Source of the DNA: Callorhinchus milii | Lineage: Eukaryota | Direction: 5' to 3' | Length of the DNA stretch: 64,000 nucleotides | Assembly: GCF_018977255.1 (NCBI RefSeq) | Contig: NW_024704742.1 | Span: 75,952,001-76,016,000, forward strand | Part shown: in pieces, positions 62,316-64,000 of the stretch | Layout: every line of letters begins with the position of its first letter | Numbering within the stretch: position 1 is the stretch's first letter | Made by a program: the position numbers and the translations under genes | Notes under the pieces: model-generated | Told to the model about the DNA's origin: nothing | What the model saw: only the letters and a program-made list of their open reading frames with translations | Databases searched by the model: none

Positions 62316-62972
62316 TAACATTGCCCGACTTCACCACTACCTCACCCCTCAGCTGAAACTCTTGTTCATGCCTTCATCACCTCCAGGCTCGACTATGCAA
62401 ACTCCCTGCTTGTCGACCTTCCCAACTCCTCCCTCCAGGCTGCAGATAATCCAGAACTCTGCAGCGCGTGTCCTCTCCCGCACCAAACTCCGTGATCCCA
62501 TCTCCCCCACTCTCGCCCGACTCCATTGGCTCCCTATCCTTCAGAGGATCCAGTTCAAGATCCTGGTCCTCACCTACAAAGCCCTCCATGGCCTCGCCCC
62601 ACCCTACCTCTGAGACCTCCTACCCCCCTACCAACCCGCCCATTCCCTCCGCTCAGTCGGCTCTAGCCTGCTCTACGTCCCCTGACCCACCCGCCCCACC
62701 TTTGGCAGGAGAGCCTTCAGCCACTCTGCCCCCAACCTCTGGAATTCCATCCCCCAATCATTCCACATCGCCCCCTCTTTAGCCTCCTTCAAGTCCCGCC
62801 TCAAGACCCTCCTCTTCGGCCATGCCATCGGCCACCCCCCTTCCCCTCCCCTCCCTTAACCCCCCCCCTGACCCCAGCTTGGGTCTGAAATGCTGTACTC
62901 TTTCCAGAACCTTGGGATGTCCTCCCGACATGAAAGGCGCTATACAAATGTAATCTTGTTGCTGTTGTTGTT
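62316..62972 (+). mobile_element. L2-clade LINE 3' end, relatively young
   Basis: LQIIQNSAARVL...LARLHWLPILQRIQFKILVLTYKALHGLAPPYL; tail GGGATGTCCTCCCGACATGAAAGGCGCTAT...(TTG)n. Confidence 0.9.
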
Positions 62973-63449
62973 GGGGTCCCATTTGCGCTCACATGACATT
63001 TAGCACATGAAATGAGCTGGAGGGGAAACCTTAATATGTTTTTTAATGGTGAAAGCTGTAAAGGCACGTGTGTGTGACTGATGGTCCTTCGACTCTCAGT
63101 TAGTGGGTCTGGCCTTTTAGCATTCACAAACTCAAAAGAACTGGGGATGATAATCTTCAATTGTGGTAAAATTTCAGGCTTAGAAAGCAGCCAATATCAG
63201 CTTGAAGGTGTAATTTGGTAATCTTTCCCCCGAGTCAAACCTGTAAAGCCTTCACACTTCACCTAAATTCTCAATGGAAAAACAAATGCTAACTAGATTC
63301 AGAGATCGTCAATTCGCTTTACAATATATTCTGTGAAGCATTTTGAGACGTTGCAAGAATGTAATAAGGCGCAATATGAAATGCAAGAATTATTATCTAA
63401 ATTACAGATTTCTCTTGCTGGTTATTCCTAACATTTGAGATAAAATTTC

Positions 63450-63700
63450 TGACCTGCTTACCCCCCAACCCACAACTCGGTGCCTCCGCTTGACTGGCTT
63501 CAGCCTTCTGCATGTCCCTCAGGCCCTCCGTTCCACCATTAGTGGCCGCGCTTTCAGCCACTACGCCCCCAAACTATGGAATATCCCTCCACCTTGCCCC
63601 TTCCTTCCCCATCTTCAGGTCATGCCTATTCAAGGTCACCTTCCCCTCCCCCCAGCTCAGCATTATGCTCCCCCACCGCTACCATCACTGACTGTTCCAC
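63450..63700 (+). mobile_element. L2-clade LINE 3' fragment
   Basis: STISGRAFSHYAPKLWN. Confidence 0.75.
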
Positions 63701-64000
63701 CAAGTGCAAAGGTCCATTGCTGCCAGAAGACAGAAAGGATTCGGCAGTTGTTGCCTGAAGGTAAATCGGTTACTTTTTTATATAATCACAGTTACCTCCC
63801 AATGACAGGAGTGCTGTCACTAGCAGGCAAATAGAGTAAACTGGTTAAACATAACTCATAGTTGAAACTACCTATTTCTTGGCTGGAGAACTCCAGTTAA
63901 ATGTTTTAGAACATTTCTGACACTCCGCTTTCAATTAATTTCAATACCACAAGTCGCAGACCACTTATAAGGCTGACCTTTGTCTGGTTTGCCTGTCCTT

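Noticed and set aside
62801..63160. Possible upstream slc4a4 exon within ORF 62801..63160
   Set aside because: Does not resemble the expected preceding NBCe1 exon (ending ...DKPEKDQ), has no convincing donor and partly overlaps L2.
1..64000. Novel multi-gene system, viral insertion or bacterial insertion
   Set aside because: All coding signal is explained by one SLC4 gene and LINE remnants; I saw no long unexplained ORFs or compositional islands.

Overview
Vertebrate genomic DNA, most likely from a cartilaginous fish; the repeat content suggests a chimaera or shark (inference). The window lies inside one minus-strand gene, an electrogenic Na+/HCO3- cotransporter of the SLC4A4/NBCe1 type. I reconstructed 15 consecutive coding exons from 59234 down to 222. 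All have AG/GT boundaries and compatible phases, and together they total 2135 nt (~712 codons, from LKNKFMKK in the cytoplasmic N-terminal domain to the TM13-14 region). One is a divergent 83-nt extracellular-loop-3 exon at 24823-24905 that the ORF track misses. Both gene ends lie outside the window. The last visible exon is 1 nt short, an apparent frameshift at 232-234. Introns are dense with tRNA-derived SINEs (two Deu-type families and a third family), 5'-truncated L2 and CR1 LINE fragments, MITE-like palindromes, microsatellites and minisatellites. The notable oddities are several fold-back hairpins that look like template-switch products, a 69-nt hairpin insertion with a 10-bp target-site duplication, a candidate frame-preserving 12-nt microexon, and a 68-bp local duplication next to a SINE. 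I see no convincing evidence of a novel multi-gene system.
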